Shown here: in pieces, positions 56,281 to 64,000 of the stretch
Numbering within the stretch: the first letter of the stretch is position 1
Layout of the letters: the number at the start of each line of letters is the position of its first letter
Source of the DNA: Escherichia phage Jgk1
Reading direction: 5' to 3' (one strand)
Sequence record: PV292302.1
Length of the DNA stretch: 64,000 bases
Program-made: the position numbers and the translations under genes
Notes under the pieces: model-generated
The model's database searches: none
Told to the model about the DNA's origin: nothing
Seen by the model: only the letters and a program-made list of their open reading frames with translations

Positions 56281-58318
56281 TAGGAGCCTTGGTATAGTAA
56301 AAACGGTCAGCTAGGGTGTTATCACCAACAGGTCTAGCAACCTCAAAGTGACAGTGATTAAAGAACACGAACCATGGGTTACCAAATTTAAGCATGTAGG
56401 GATTAAACTCAAAATGACAACCAGTGAAGTATACGTAGTTACTATCCTGAATCATGGTCACAGCAGGGTTAGTAACATTACCGCTTTGTAGGAAAGAACA
56501 GTTAGTAAAATAGGTATCCTGAATGTACCCAATTTCTAGTGCCTGGTTCGGGAAGAATTGTATGTTAACTCCCTCAACAATACCCATCCAACCAATACCA
56601 TTAAGATACAAACCCACATCACACTGACCATCAACCCCCCAAATAGCAAAATCACGTAAGGTAAGTCCAAAGCAGTAAGCCGAACCAGAATCAATAGATA
56701 ACATTCGACCAGTTGCTACATGGGAGTTAAATACTGTACCTCGTACAGGGGAAGGGGAATGTACAGAAGCTACAGTCCTCAAACCTTGAGCACCCTCACC
56801 ATACATGCACAGAGCGTAATCCACCTGAATAGATTTATTAATTTCATACTTACCAGATGGAGAAAATACAGCATAACCCACCTTAGCAGCATTGATTGCT
56901 GCCTGCGTACCTGCATAATCTTGGCTCTGAGTTAAGCTAGTTACAAATGGATATACCATTTGTGCAGCAGATAGGGTGCTAAACTTTTCACTTAATGGGT
57001 GTAGTTCACCATCCCCTACAGCACCGAAGTCCTTGATATTAATTACATCCGCCAGTTTAAGCTGGAGACTACGTTCAATTGATGCAGCCAATGGGGACAT
57101 ATGCCCAATGTTGGAAGTACCATACTTAGATGCCAGCGTTGCTTTATACTCAGCAAGTGAAGTTAGTGGTGGATACGGTGCAGGCAACAAATCAACAGTA
57201 ATGTTACCTGGTGAATAGGTTAACTTACCGTCACCGACTGTATTGATGTAAACGTTGGCCGGTAACACAGGTAATCCATAAGACTTCTCAGCAACCACAT
57301 CGTAGACAACTTTCATACCATTAAGATACTGAGTAGTGTTAGAACTAAGAATTACTTCAGAATCCTTAACATTAACTGAGCGTGCTATTTCCTGGATGGT
57401 ACGGTCAGACATGATGAAAGTAATAGACTCACCACCAACCTGCACAACCAATTGGTCATTGGTAGCCAATGGCTCCGTCAGTAAAATACGCTGATTAGGG
57501 GCATCTACTGTATAAGATTGGGCAGCCAAACCTTGTACATATCTCAGTCCATTCTTAAAAATAGCCGGAATAGACTGGAAGGTATAAGGAATAGCAATAA
57601 CCTGCTCCCCACCTACAGCATAACCCCCATTGTATAGCCAGTTAACCTGAACCCAATCCGTAATATTAGGGTTGCTTGGTACTGCTGGAGTACCAGCCAG
57701 GAGCAGGATAACCTCATCATCAGCTACTAACGGAGTATCCAAGGTAACAGTCAGAGTAGTAGCATCATAAGTAAAACCTAACGTGTTAATGTAGGTTTCG
57801 TGGTTCTTGATGATGTAAGCAACACCAACAGTTTGAGCGGGAACAGGTATAGTAGTTTCGCCCCCAATAGCCGAACCATTGTTATAGATATAAGGAATGT
57901 AAGAGGAACCATTACCAGAGCCAATGTTTTCCTCAAATGTTCCCGGTACATTAACCAGTAACCATGAACCAGTGGCAGAGGTGTCGTCTGGGATGATGCC
58001 AGTAGTATCGTCAGCTACATACAGATAATCTTTTACTTGCAGCTTACCTGTATTGTCCTTGTCATACAGTCGAGCATAGGTAGCCTTAACAGTTAAAGCT
58101 TTCAACTCTGCTTCTGACTTAACACCCAAAACCATACCGTATTGGTTCAGGAAGTCGTAGATAGGTTTCAGATTACCAAGATTGCAGTAAACTGTACGAA
58201 CCACGTTATATGCGTTGCCAATCATTTTATCGACCAATGGGTCGTTAGAAGTATTGTCGCAATATGGGCTAGTCCAGTCGTTATTTGCATCGAAAGGAGC
58301 ATGTCCTGTCATTTCCAA
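56231..58318 (-). CDS. tailspike protein, N-terminal segment plus one copy of the duplicated beta-helix block, frame-terminated after the repeat junction
   Basis: 695-aa ORF; the final 16 codons after the 56280/56281 junction are out-of-frame sequence. Confidence 0.5.
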   Translation of the reverse strand: MEMTGHAPFDANNDWTSPYCDNTSNDPLVDKMIGNAYNVVRTVYCNLGNLKPIYDFLNQYGMVLGVKSEAELKALTVKATYARLYDKDNTGKLQVKDYLYVADDTTGIIPDDTSATGSWLLVNVPGTFEENIGSGNGSSYIPYIYNNGSAIGGETTIPVPAQTVGVAYIIKNHETYINTLGFTYDATTLTVTLDTPLVADDEVILLLAGTPAVPSNPNITDWVQVNWLYNGGYAVGGEQVIAIPYTFQSIPAIFKNGLRYVQGLAAQSYTVDAPNQRILLTEPLATNDQLVVQVGGESITFIMSDRTIQEIARSVNVKDSEVILSSNTTQYLNGMKVVYDVVAEKSYGLPVLPANVYINTVGDGKLTYSPGNITVDLLPAPYPPLTSLAEYKATLASKYGTSNIGHMSPLAASIERSLQLKLADVINIKDFGAVGDGELHPLSEKFSTLSAAQMVYPFVTSLTQSQDYAGTQAAINAAKVGYAVFSPSGKYEINKSIQVDYALCMYGEGAQGLRTVASVHSPSPVRGTVFNSHVATGRMLSIDSGSAYCFGLTLRDFAIWGVDGQCDVGLYLNGIGWMGIVEGVNIQFFPNQALEIGYIQDTYFTNCSFLQSGNVTNPAVTMIQDSNYVYFTGCHFEFNPYMLKFGNPWFVFFNHCHFEVARPVGDNTLADRFYYTKAPIWITCVTGQRLHQYSR
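56281..57280. repeat. tandem direct repeat, copy 2 (1000 bp)
   Basis: identical to 55281-56280; flanks diverge at 55271-55280 versus 56271-56280. Confidence 0.9.
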
Positions 58319-59013
58319 CCTCGTTTTTCAAATTTAGTATTAGTGAATGAATCAGTGTGACCTACCAGAGCATGGTCGGTAATCTCACCACAGATACTTT
58401 CGTAAAGCTGCAAGTACTCAGCAGCTTTTGCTGTGCTGCCTTCAGTATTGAGTCCGGTGTGGTAGCGATAACCAACCCAGTTCTCTAATGCCGAATAAAG
58501 CGTTTCAGGTAAGTCAACGTACTGACCTTCATCCGTTACTTCCGGGTGACGTGCCTGGTATTGCACATTAAGTGCTTCAAATTTACGAGGCCATATTACC
58601 TGGAGCACATCTGGTCTAGGGGTGAACAAACCCTCACTGTTACTTCCCGTATCATTGAGTGTACGTCTATCCCCACGAGAATCATAGACTTCCAGGATTT
58701 TAATGACGTCTTCCTGGAACGGTTCTTGTGGTGAGTCCATGATGAATGGGTACTGTACCTTAGCTGGGTCGAAATGCTCATAGGAGTAAATCTTCTGCAA
58801 CGGGTAATCTGTACGCCCTTCCTTCATCTCAACAATACAGTTATTAGTCTTCAGTTGGAAACGACTATGTAAACGAGTCAGACCTTCATTGATAAGGGCA
58901 AGCACTTCAGGCTTACCCCACGGTTCAATGCCAATCTTATCGTCAGTGATAAAGCCTGCACTCTTAAGTGTAGTAAGAGCTAAGACTTTATATACCTCAG
59001 ATAACTTTCTCAT
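58309..59013 (-). CDS. hypothetical virion-module protein
   Basis: 234-aa ORF between terminase and tailspike genes. Confidence 0.45.
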   Translation of the reverse strand: MRKLSEVYKVLALTTLKSAGFITDDKIGIEPWGKPEVLALINEGLTRLHSRFQLKTNNCIVEMKEGRTDYPLQKIYSYEHFDPAKVQYPFIMDSPQEPFQEDVIKILEVYDSRGDRRTLNDTGSNSEGLFTPRPDVLQVIWPRKFEALNVQYQARHPEVTDEGQYVDLPETLYSALENWVGYRYHTGLNTEGSTAKAAEYLQLYESICGEITDHALVGHTDSFTNTKFEKRGWK

Positions 59014-59019
59014 AGTTCC

Positions 59020-60624
59020 TCACACAATGTATGAACGTAGTGGGTTAACAGAGTCTTCCTCATCATCATCCCACATCGGGTCACCTTTAGCATCGACCAT
59101 AGTCATACCTGCCTGAGGTTTCCACGGGTTGAGGTAGCCCAACATTGAAATGGTATCAATGCAGTCATCCTTGCCCTTAATGCCGTTGATGGTGGCTAAC
59201 TTAATCTGCCCCATGAATAATCCCATGATAGTAGTGGTACGCATCTCTTCTGGGAAATACATCTTCCCTGCTTTGAACCAGGGAACTACCAAGTTAAATC
59301 GGGACAGCTTAGATGTTACCGGACGAATACCAGGCTGACCACCCTGAGATGATGCAAAGTTAAAGAATACATTACGATTAATCATCTCTTTCTGTAAAAG
59401 AGAGATGAAACCACCTTGCTGTCCTGTAACCTCAACCCCAACGTTTTGTGGTTGGTACTCTTGAACCAGACGAAACAGTTCATCAAAGTTCTTATCCATA
59501 AGCTGGCGAGCAGCCACACCGTCAACCCAGAACCAATCTCCATTAGAACTGTAAGCCCAAACCGAAATAACACTGTAGTCGCTAGTCTGTTTTTCTGAGG
59601 TAGCGAAGTCAGTAGTAATGTAATAGTTGTAGCAGGTCTTCATACGAAGTAACTGCTGACGGCTATACCACTTAATCTCCGAGTCCTGAACCAGTCTCTC
59701 ATCCTCGGAGCTAATACGAAGCATAAGTTCCTGGTAGAAACCAGCTAGCTTCCCAGTTTTAGCTGCCATATCATACTGGTCTTTGATGTACTGATAAGAG
59801 AAACGGTCATCCCATGCACCCTGGAATTCTTCTAGGGAACAAGGAAACTTCTCACATACAGGCCATACGTTGACATCCCATGCACCGGATTCAACTGCTT
59901 CAATGAGGATATCCTCCTTATTAAAGGGAGTACCGTTGAATATTACTTTACGACGTGTAGGGTCAAGTGCGTGGTTCACACCCTTATAGACTGTATCCTT
60001 AATGGCTTCCATGCTTGTCTTAGAGCGAGCATCATCATCACTAACTAAGTCATCAAGAATGCAGAGTGTTGGACGCTTACCAAAAATCTTCGTACCACGA
60101 AGACCAGTCTTAGCACCAAACATCTTAACACCCAGTCGATGTCCTTCAGCATTAATGAACTCTAAGTAGTTATCCGTAAAGGTAGCTTTAGGAATCCATT
60201 GCTGAAGAAACTCACTATTGTTGTAACGGAATTCAATGTTTTTACGTGCAGACTTAACACCGTTATCCATTGAGTCAGACACGTAAATCATACCCTCAAC
60301 CTTACCAAGCCCAGGTAAGTGACCGAACACTGCCAGGAATAAAGTGAAGTACTCCATAAACAGAGTTGTCTTTGCTGCACCACGGAAGCAAAGGTTAGCA
60401 ATGTACTGGTGTGGTGATGTTACCTTATCCAGCATCTTTAAATGCACAGGAGGAGTCTTGTTCGACTCCCCTTCCTTACCATTAACCAGCTTAATAAAGT
60501 TGGCGAAGGTAAGTGCAAATGTGCTTGGCAAGTAGTTGGGTGTGTTAAGTACCGAGTAGTCTACCTGGTCAAGCCATTCATCTAGCTCTTGCTTCTTTAA
60601 TTCAGACATCAGTAATGTCCTCAT
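59020..60624 (-). CDS. terminase large subunit (putative)
   Basis: 534-aa ORF with P-loop-like CFRGAAKTT near N-terminus and acidic nuclease-like C-terminal region; first large gene of the late block. Confidence 0.6.
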   Translation of the reverse strand: MRTLLMSELKKQELDEWLDQVDYSVLNTPNYLPSTFALTFANFIKLVNGKEGESNKTPPVHLKMLDKVTSPHQYIANLCFRGAAKTTLFMEYFTLFLAVFGHLPGLGKVEGMIYVSDSMDNGVKSARKNIEFRYNNSEFLQQWIPKATFTDNYLEFINAEGHRLGVKMFGAKTGLRGTKIFGKRPTLCILDDLVSDDDARSKTSMEAIKDTVYKGVNHALDPTRRKVIFNGTPFNKEDILIEAVESGAWDVNVWPVCEKFPCSLEEFQGAWDDRFSYQYIKDQYDMAAKTGKLAGFYQELMLRISSEDERLVQDSEIKWYSRQQLLRMKTCYNYYITTDFATSEKQTSDYSVISVWAYSSNGDWFWVDGVAARQLMDKNFDELFRLVQEYQPQNVGVEVTGQQGGFISLLQKEMINRNVFFNFASSQGGQPGIRPVTSKLSRFNLVVPWFKAGKMYFPEEMRTTTIMGLFMGQIKLATINGIKGKDDCIDTISMLGYLNPWKPQAGMTMVDAKGDPMWDDDEEDSVNPLRSYIV

Positions 60625-61291
60625 CTTCCCTCACTAGCTTAGAGCCAGCGATTTCTTTGGTTGGGGTTCCCCCTTGAATAGCTTCGATTTGCTTCTGAGC
60701 CAAAGCTTCCAGAGTGTTCTTGAGGTCAGTTAAGCCGGAGCTTTCTCTCAAGTCCAGGTTGATATTAGTAACCTGGTCTTTTGGTTTAGCCAAATGGGTA
60801 AGGATAGAGTTAGCTGCATCACAACGAACCTTTTCACTTACTGCCGTATTCATCAGTTCAACCTGAACGTTAATGGCCTTCTGATAGTTGTCCTGGTTTA
60901 CAATCCACACTGGAACTAAACTTTGTTCCATGATGAGGTTAACCAACTTACCACGATGGTAAGCAGAGACATAAGCACTGATATCTTTCTCACTGGTTCC
61001 ACGAGCAACTAGTTCAGCCTGTCTATTGGGGAATGTCTTGAAGTAGGCGTCCTTGTTCGAATAACCCATATGCTTATAGGTTACATACTGAACTGCATTC
61101 AAGTAGTCATGTACTTTGAACTTACCATCCTTCATTACCCCAGAATATGAAATGAAGTTCTCACGGAATGACTCAGCCAGTAACTGGTCCTGGGTTACGT
61201 TATTGATTGTATCGACCAACTCCTGAGTAACACTGTTCTTGAAGTTGGTTGGTAGTGCATTAACTACCTGCTGTTTAGTAAGTTCACTCAT
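60602..61291 (-). CDS. hypothetical protein (possible terminase small subunit)
   Basis: 229-aa ORF overlapping the terminase start; first gene of the minus-strand late block. Confidence 0.35.
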   Translation of the reverse strand: MSELTKQQVVNALPTNFKNSVTQELVDTINNVTQDQLLAESFRENFISYSGVMKDGKFKVHDYLNAVQYVTYKHMGYSNKDAYFKTFPNRQAELVARGTSEKDISAYVSAYHRGKLVNLIMEQSLVPVWIVNQDNYQKAINVQVELMNTAVSEKVRCDAANSILTHLAKPKDQVTNINLDLRESSGLTDLKNTLEALAQKQIEAIQGGTPTKEIAGSKLVREDEDITDV

Positions 61292-61353
61292 AGTTATCTC
61301 GCTACAAAGTTATGTCTATTAACTAAGATTCTTTTCTTGGGGTGATATACCCC

Positions 61354-61382
61354 TTGAAGAAACCTTATCACACAGTTACACT
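61354..61382 (+). promoter_or_regulatory. candidate sigma70-like promoter
   Basis: TTGAAG, 17-nt spacer, TACACT, about 25 nt upstream of the ATG at 61407; in a divergent intergenic region. Confidence 0.2.
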
Positions 61383-61406
61383 TTAGTCATGATATAGAAA
61401 AAGTTC

Positions 61407-61754
61407 ATGATACTAAAGATAGTATGTAATGTTCCGATGACCTTATTCCCAAAGGAGAGTACCTTGAGAGTCTACATGAGAACCCAAGACAATGAGGACA
61501 AGTATGCAGAACTCGACCACAGTAAGGTTGCATTCATGCCTGGAGATATTCTGATTACTCATACAGAAGAACTCTTCCATGAATTGTCTGGCATGATGAT
61601 TCTTGAAAATCGCCCAAGCGTTACCATAAAAGAACCAGCAGAAAGTTACCTTTTAGAAAAAGGAAATTCTGCTCTTGTGTTCTTCACCAAATTACCTCAT
61701 AGTGTCTCCATCACTCGAAGCAACAACAGCGTTCGGATGACGGTGACGATGTGA
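61407..61754 (+). CDS. hypothetical protein
   Basis: 115-aa ORF, first plus-strand gene after the late block. Confidence 0.4.
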   Translation: MILKIVCNVPMTLFPKESTLRVYMRTQDNEDKYAELDHSKVAFMPGDILITHTEELFHELSGMMILENRPSVTIKEPAESYLLEKGNSALVFFTKLPHSVSITRSNNSVRMTVTM

Positions 61755-61945
61755 TTAGCCATACCGCCCAGTAGACAGTGGCGGTGATTGATTCGGTAGG
61801 GATATATCTGCTACCAATAAATCATGATTAGTAACTGCTACTGTTCAGAAGTTTGCCCGGCTCCTTTGCCTGATTCGTCAGGTCTAACGATACAGCTTAG
61901 CTAGTATCTAGGGGAATTGTCTGAACCCGTGATTGAAAACGGTAA

Positions 61946-61981
61946 GGGGACTAGTCGAAAGGCTAGTCCCCATTTCTTTTT
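61946..61981 (+). terminator. rho-independent terminator
   Basis: 9-bp stem GGGGACTAG/CTAGTCCCC with 8-nt loop followed by a T-rich run. Confidence 0.5.
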
Positions 61982-61994
61982 ATAGGAGTTACTA

Positions 61995-62396
61995 ATGGAC
62001 ATTCATAGCATCAACTTCGACCTGGATGTAGGCAAAGCTTCCATAGAGTTTGCTGGTTCATTATCACTGATAGAAGCAGTATACAAAAATAAAGTTCCCA
62101 TCTACTTACCCAACTGTGACGCATCCCATGAACTAGTTGGGTTGTGGCTTCTCGATAATGTACAGCTAAAACCAGTCATACTAACCAAACCTGTAACCTT
62201 TGACCTAATGGACTTTGGTATGCAAGTAGACGGTAGCTACGTATGGTTCCCTCCCGTACTATTCATTAAATCAAATGAATGGGAGCTGGTGGCTGACCAT
62301 AGTGTTTATGACCATTCATTATCCCTGTACTACAAACCCAAACCTAACTGGAGAAAGAATCCCTATGCTCGTTCAACTAGTATGTCGCTCAGATAA
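61995..62396 (+). CDS. hypothetical protein
   Basis: 133-aa ORF with TAGGAG RBS. Confidence 0.4.
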   Translation: MDIHSINFDLDVGKASIEFAGSLSLIEAVYKNKVPIYLPNCDASHELVGLWLLDNVQLKPVILTKPVTFDLMDFGMQVDGSYVWFPPVLFIKSNEWELVADHSVYDHSLSLYYKPKPNWRKNPYARSTSMSLR

Positions 62397-62721
62397 ACAC
62401 CCCGACTTAGTAGATACCACCATAGAACCATTTGAATGGGACGGTAGCCAATTGGGTATCCCCGTTCCTGTGCTGGTTCCTGACATTGAGTCTTATCATG
62501 AAGTAAGGGGACACCTTACTCTAATGGGTATGGAAGGTGAGGTTATTTGCTTACCTCCCCCATCTGAGTACAAACCTAACGTAGGCACTGTACCTTATGC
62601 ACTCGTTCATTCTGGATACACTGCTAAGTGTGACCCTATTGGTGAACCCGAACCCGGCAAGTTACAGCACCTCTGTTACTACTTTGAGAAGAAAGATGAA
62701 CCTGAATCTGTCACGATTTAA
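62365..62721 (+). CDS. hypothetical protein
   Basis: start placed at internal ATG 62365 (MLVQLVCRSD...), giving a 32-nt overlap with the upstream gene. Confidence 0.35.
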   Translation: MLVQLVCRSDKHPDLVDTTIEPFEWDGSQLGIPVPVLVPDIESYHEVRGHLTLMGMEGEVICLPPPSEYKPNVGTVPYALVHSGYTAKCDPIGEPEPGKLQHLCYYFEKKDEPESVTI

Positions 62722-63007
62722 CTATGACCCTAATAACTTAACTCTAGTAGCCTCGGATGTAGTTGAGTCAGTTTTTGCTGGTGACTTCGCTAACCTTACT
62801 AAAGGGGTTGTTCCCATACTAATGCTGGATACAGAAGCTACTCAGTTATTCCTTATCGAATGCATGATGAGAGGTACAAACTTCAATATCCGTATCATTA
62901 AACCGGATGAACATGTATTCGAGGGTTTATGTTACTTCCTACATGCTAACAACGAATACCCAGACTACGATGATGATGGTTATGTCTGGATAGTGAGGCC
63001 ATTATGA
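62696..63007 (+). CDS. hypothetical protein
   Basis: ATG at 62696 with GAGAAGAAAG RBS (MNLNLSRFNYDP...). Confidence 0.35.
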   Translation: MNLNLSRFNYDPNNLTLVASDVVESVFAGDFANLTKGVVPILMLDTEATQLFLIECMMRGTNFNIRIIKPDEHVFEGLCYFLHANNEYPDYDDDGYVWIVRPL

Positions 63008-63321
63008 GGATAGACGCTGCGCCTTATCCAGTTAATCTGGAGATAGTTACTGATATAGCAGTCTTCAATAAGAAGTATGAAAAGCTGAAGGGATATGCAC
63101 CAGACATTGATGGCTGTAAGGGTTATACCTCTTTTTCCGGTAACAGGGTTCTCATTGGTGTATTTACCGATTCACTTCATACCCTTATCCATGAGTTAAA
63201 CCACTTCTGTCTATGGGTATTTGACTATATCGGTATGCCCGTTAACTCTTCTAACAGTGAGGCTTACTGTTACTACTATGACTACATATTTAACCAAGCA
63301 TACAAGCTGGTAGCTAAATGA
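63004..63321 (+). CDS. hypothetical small protein with HExxH motif
   Basis: 105 aa containing LIHELNHF; ATGA overlap with upstream stop. Confidence 0.4.
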   Translation: MRIDAAPYPVNLEIVTDIAVFNKKYEKLKGYAPDIDGCKGYTSFSGNRVLIGVFTDSLHTLIHELNHFCLWVFDYIGMPVNSSNSEAYCYYYDYIFNQAYKLVAK

Positions 63322-63746
63322 ACTTATTCCTTATATCCCCAATGTCTACTACCCCACTCATGTTAACTGCTGAACAATCCACCTGGGATAGACTCGGTAC
63401 TAACCGTGAGACTGTTTTCTTTGAACCAAGTGAAGAAGCAGACGTATTCATCGGTCACTGTCTTATGGTAGGTAGTGCTTTCCAATTTAAGTCCTTAGCC
63501 AAGCCTACTGAGATATCTGAGATGGATAAGGTATATGTCATGTGCACACACTTTCCTAATGTAGAGACTACCCTACAGGGCAAGTTAATAAGCTTAGCCG
63601 TGGCAGGGGCTACACCCTTACACTATGACTACCCCCCCGGTATGTCACTAGTCGGTGTACTACCCTACCCCACCTTACACGTTACACATGCTCCGCATGT
63701 TATGGACATGTCGTCCTATCACTTAACATTGGAGCTATCAGCATGA
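63318..63746 (+). CDS. hypothetical protein
   Basis: 142-aa ORF, translationally coupled. Confidence 0.4.
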   Translation: MNLFLISPMSTTPLMLTAEQSTWDRLGTNRETVFFEPSEEADVFIGHCLMVGSAFQFKSLAKPTEISEMDKVYVMCTHFPNVETTLQGKLISLAVAGATPLHYDYPPGMSLVGVLPYPTLHVTHAPHVMDMSSYHLTLELSA

Positions 63747-64000
63747 CTACTACTGCTAACGTACGTATGACCGTAGGAACTTTACTCGGTACAGTTAATG
63801 GAGCAGCAACTACTGTTGCAGATACATTTGATACAGCAACTAAAGCCATTGGTATGGCTAACCTGTATGTATCTACTATGGCAGACAAGCAACGTATTCG
63901 TACTAAGCTTGAAATGCATACCTTCGTTAACAAATTAGCTGAAGAAACAGCTATGGTAGAAACTCTTCGTAAGAAGAATATCGAAGAATTCTGCAAAGAT
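63743..64000 (+). CDS. hypothetical protein, 3-prime end outside the window
   Basis: ATG at 63743 with GGAG RBS 9 nt upstream, open to the window end (MTTTANVRMTVGTLLG...); not in the ORF track because no stop is reached. Confidence 0.4.
   Translation, partial: MTTTANVRMTVGTLLGTVNGAATTVADTFDTATKAIGMANLYVSTMADKQRIRTKLEMHTFVNKLAEETAMVETLRKKNIEEFCKD

Noticed and set aside
55281-57280. Possible CRISPR array or mobile element
   Set aside because: Only two copies, 1000-bp unit, no spacers, no terminal inverted repeats and no transposase; it is a simple tandem duplication inside a coding sequence.
63700-63996. Minus-strand ORF 63700..63996
   Set aside because: It overlaps a plus-strand ORF starting at 63743 that has a GGAG RBS and ATGA coupling to the upstream gene; the minus ORF has neither.
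1-64000. Integrase, repressor or other lysogeny module; toxin-antitoxin pairs
   Set aside because: No recombinase-sized ORF with recognisable Tyr/Ser recombinase motifs and no attachment-site-like repeats flanking the tRNAs; gene content is consistent with a strictly lytic N4-like phage.

Overview
This window reads as most of an N4-like (Schitoviridae-type) lytic podophage genome; that assignment is an inference from gene content and order, not from any database search. Plus-strand early/middle genes run from 1 to about 29.8 kb: small host-takeover ORFs, an HNH endonuclease, a MoxR-like AAA+ ATPase with a VWA/HExxH partner, dCTP deaminase, a ThyX-like protein, an rIIA/rIIB-like pair, helicase, family A DNA polymerase, a recombination module (Cas4-like nuclease, primase-like protein, Sak4-like ATPase, SSB, RuvC-like resolvase), five canonical tRNAs followed by about 1.4 kb of structured non-coding sequence, an N4 gp49-like protein and a DUF2829 (Tad2-like) protein. 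Minus-strand late genes run from 29.8 to 61.3 kb: a 3447-aa virion RNA polymerase, internal virion proteins, major capsid, scaffold-like protein, portal, a lysis cassette (holin, SAR GH108 endolysin, embedded spanins), a tailspike with a pectate-lyase-like beta-helix, and large terminase. Small plus-strand genes resume at the right end. The most unusual signals are (1) a perfect 1000-bp tandem duplication inside the tailspike gene that breaks its frame, (2) tRNA-like elements with intact acceptor and T arms but large central insertions and no canonical anticodon arm, and (3) a DUF2829/Tad2-like candidate anti-defence gene with an N-terminal extension. All functional calls come from motifs and synteny read by eye; no homology search, tRNA scan or folding program was run.
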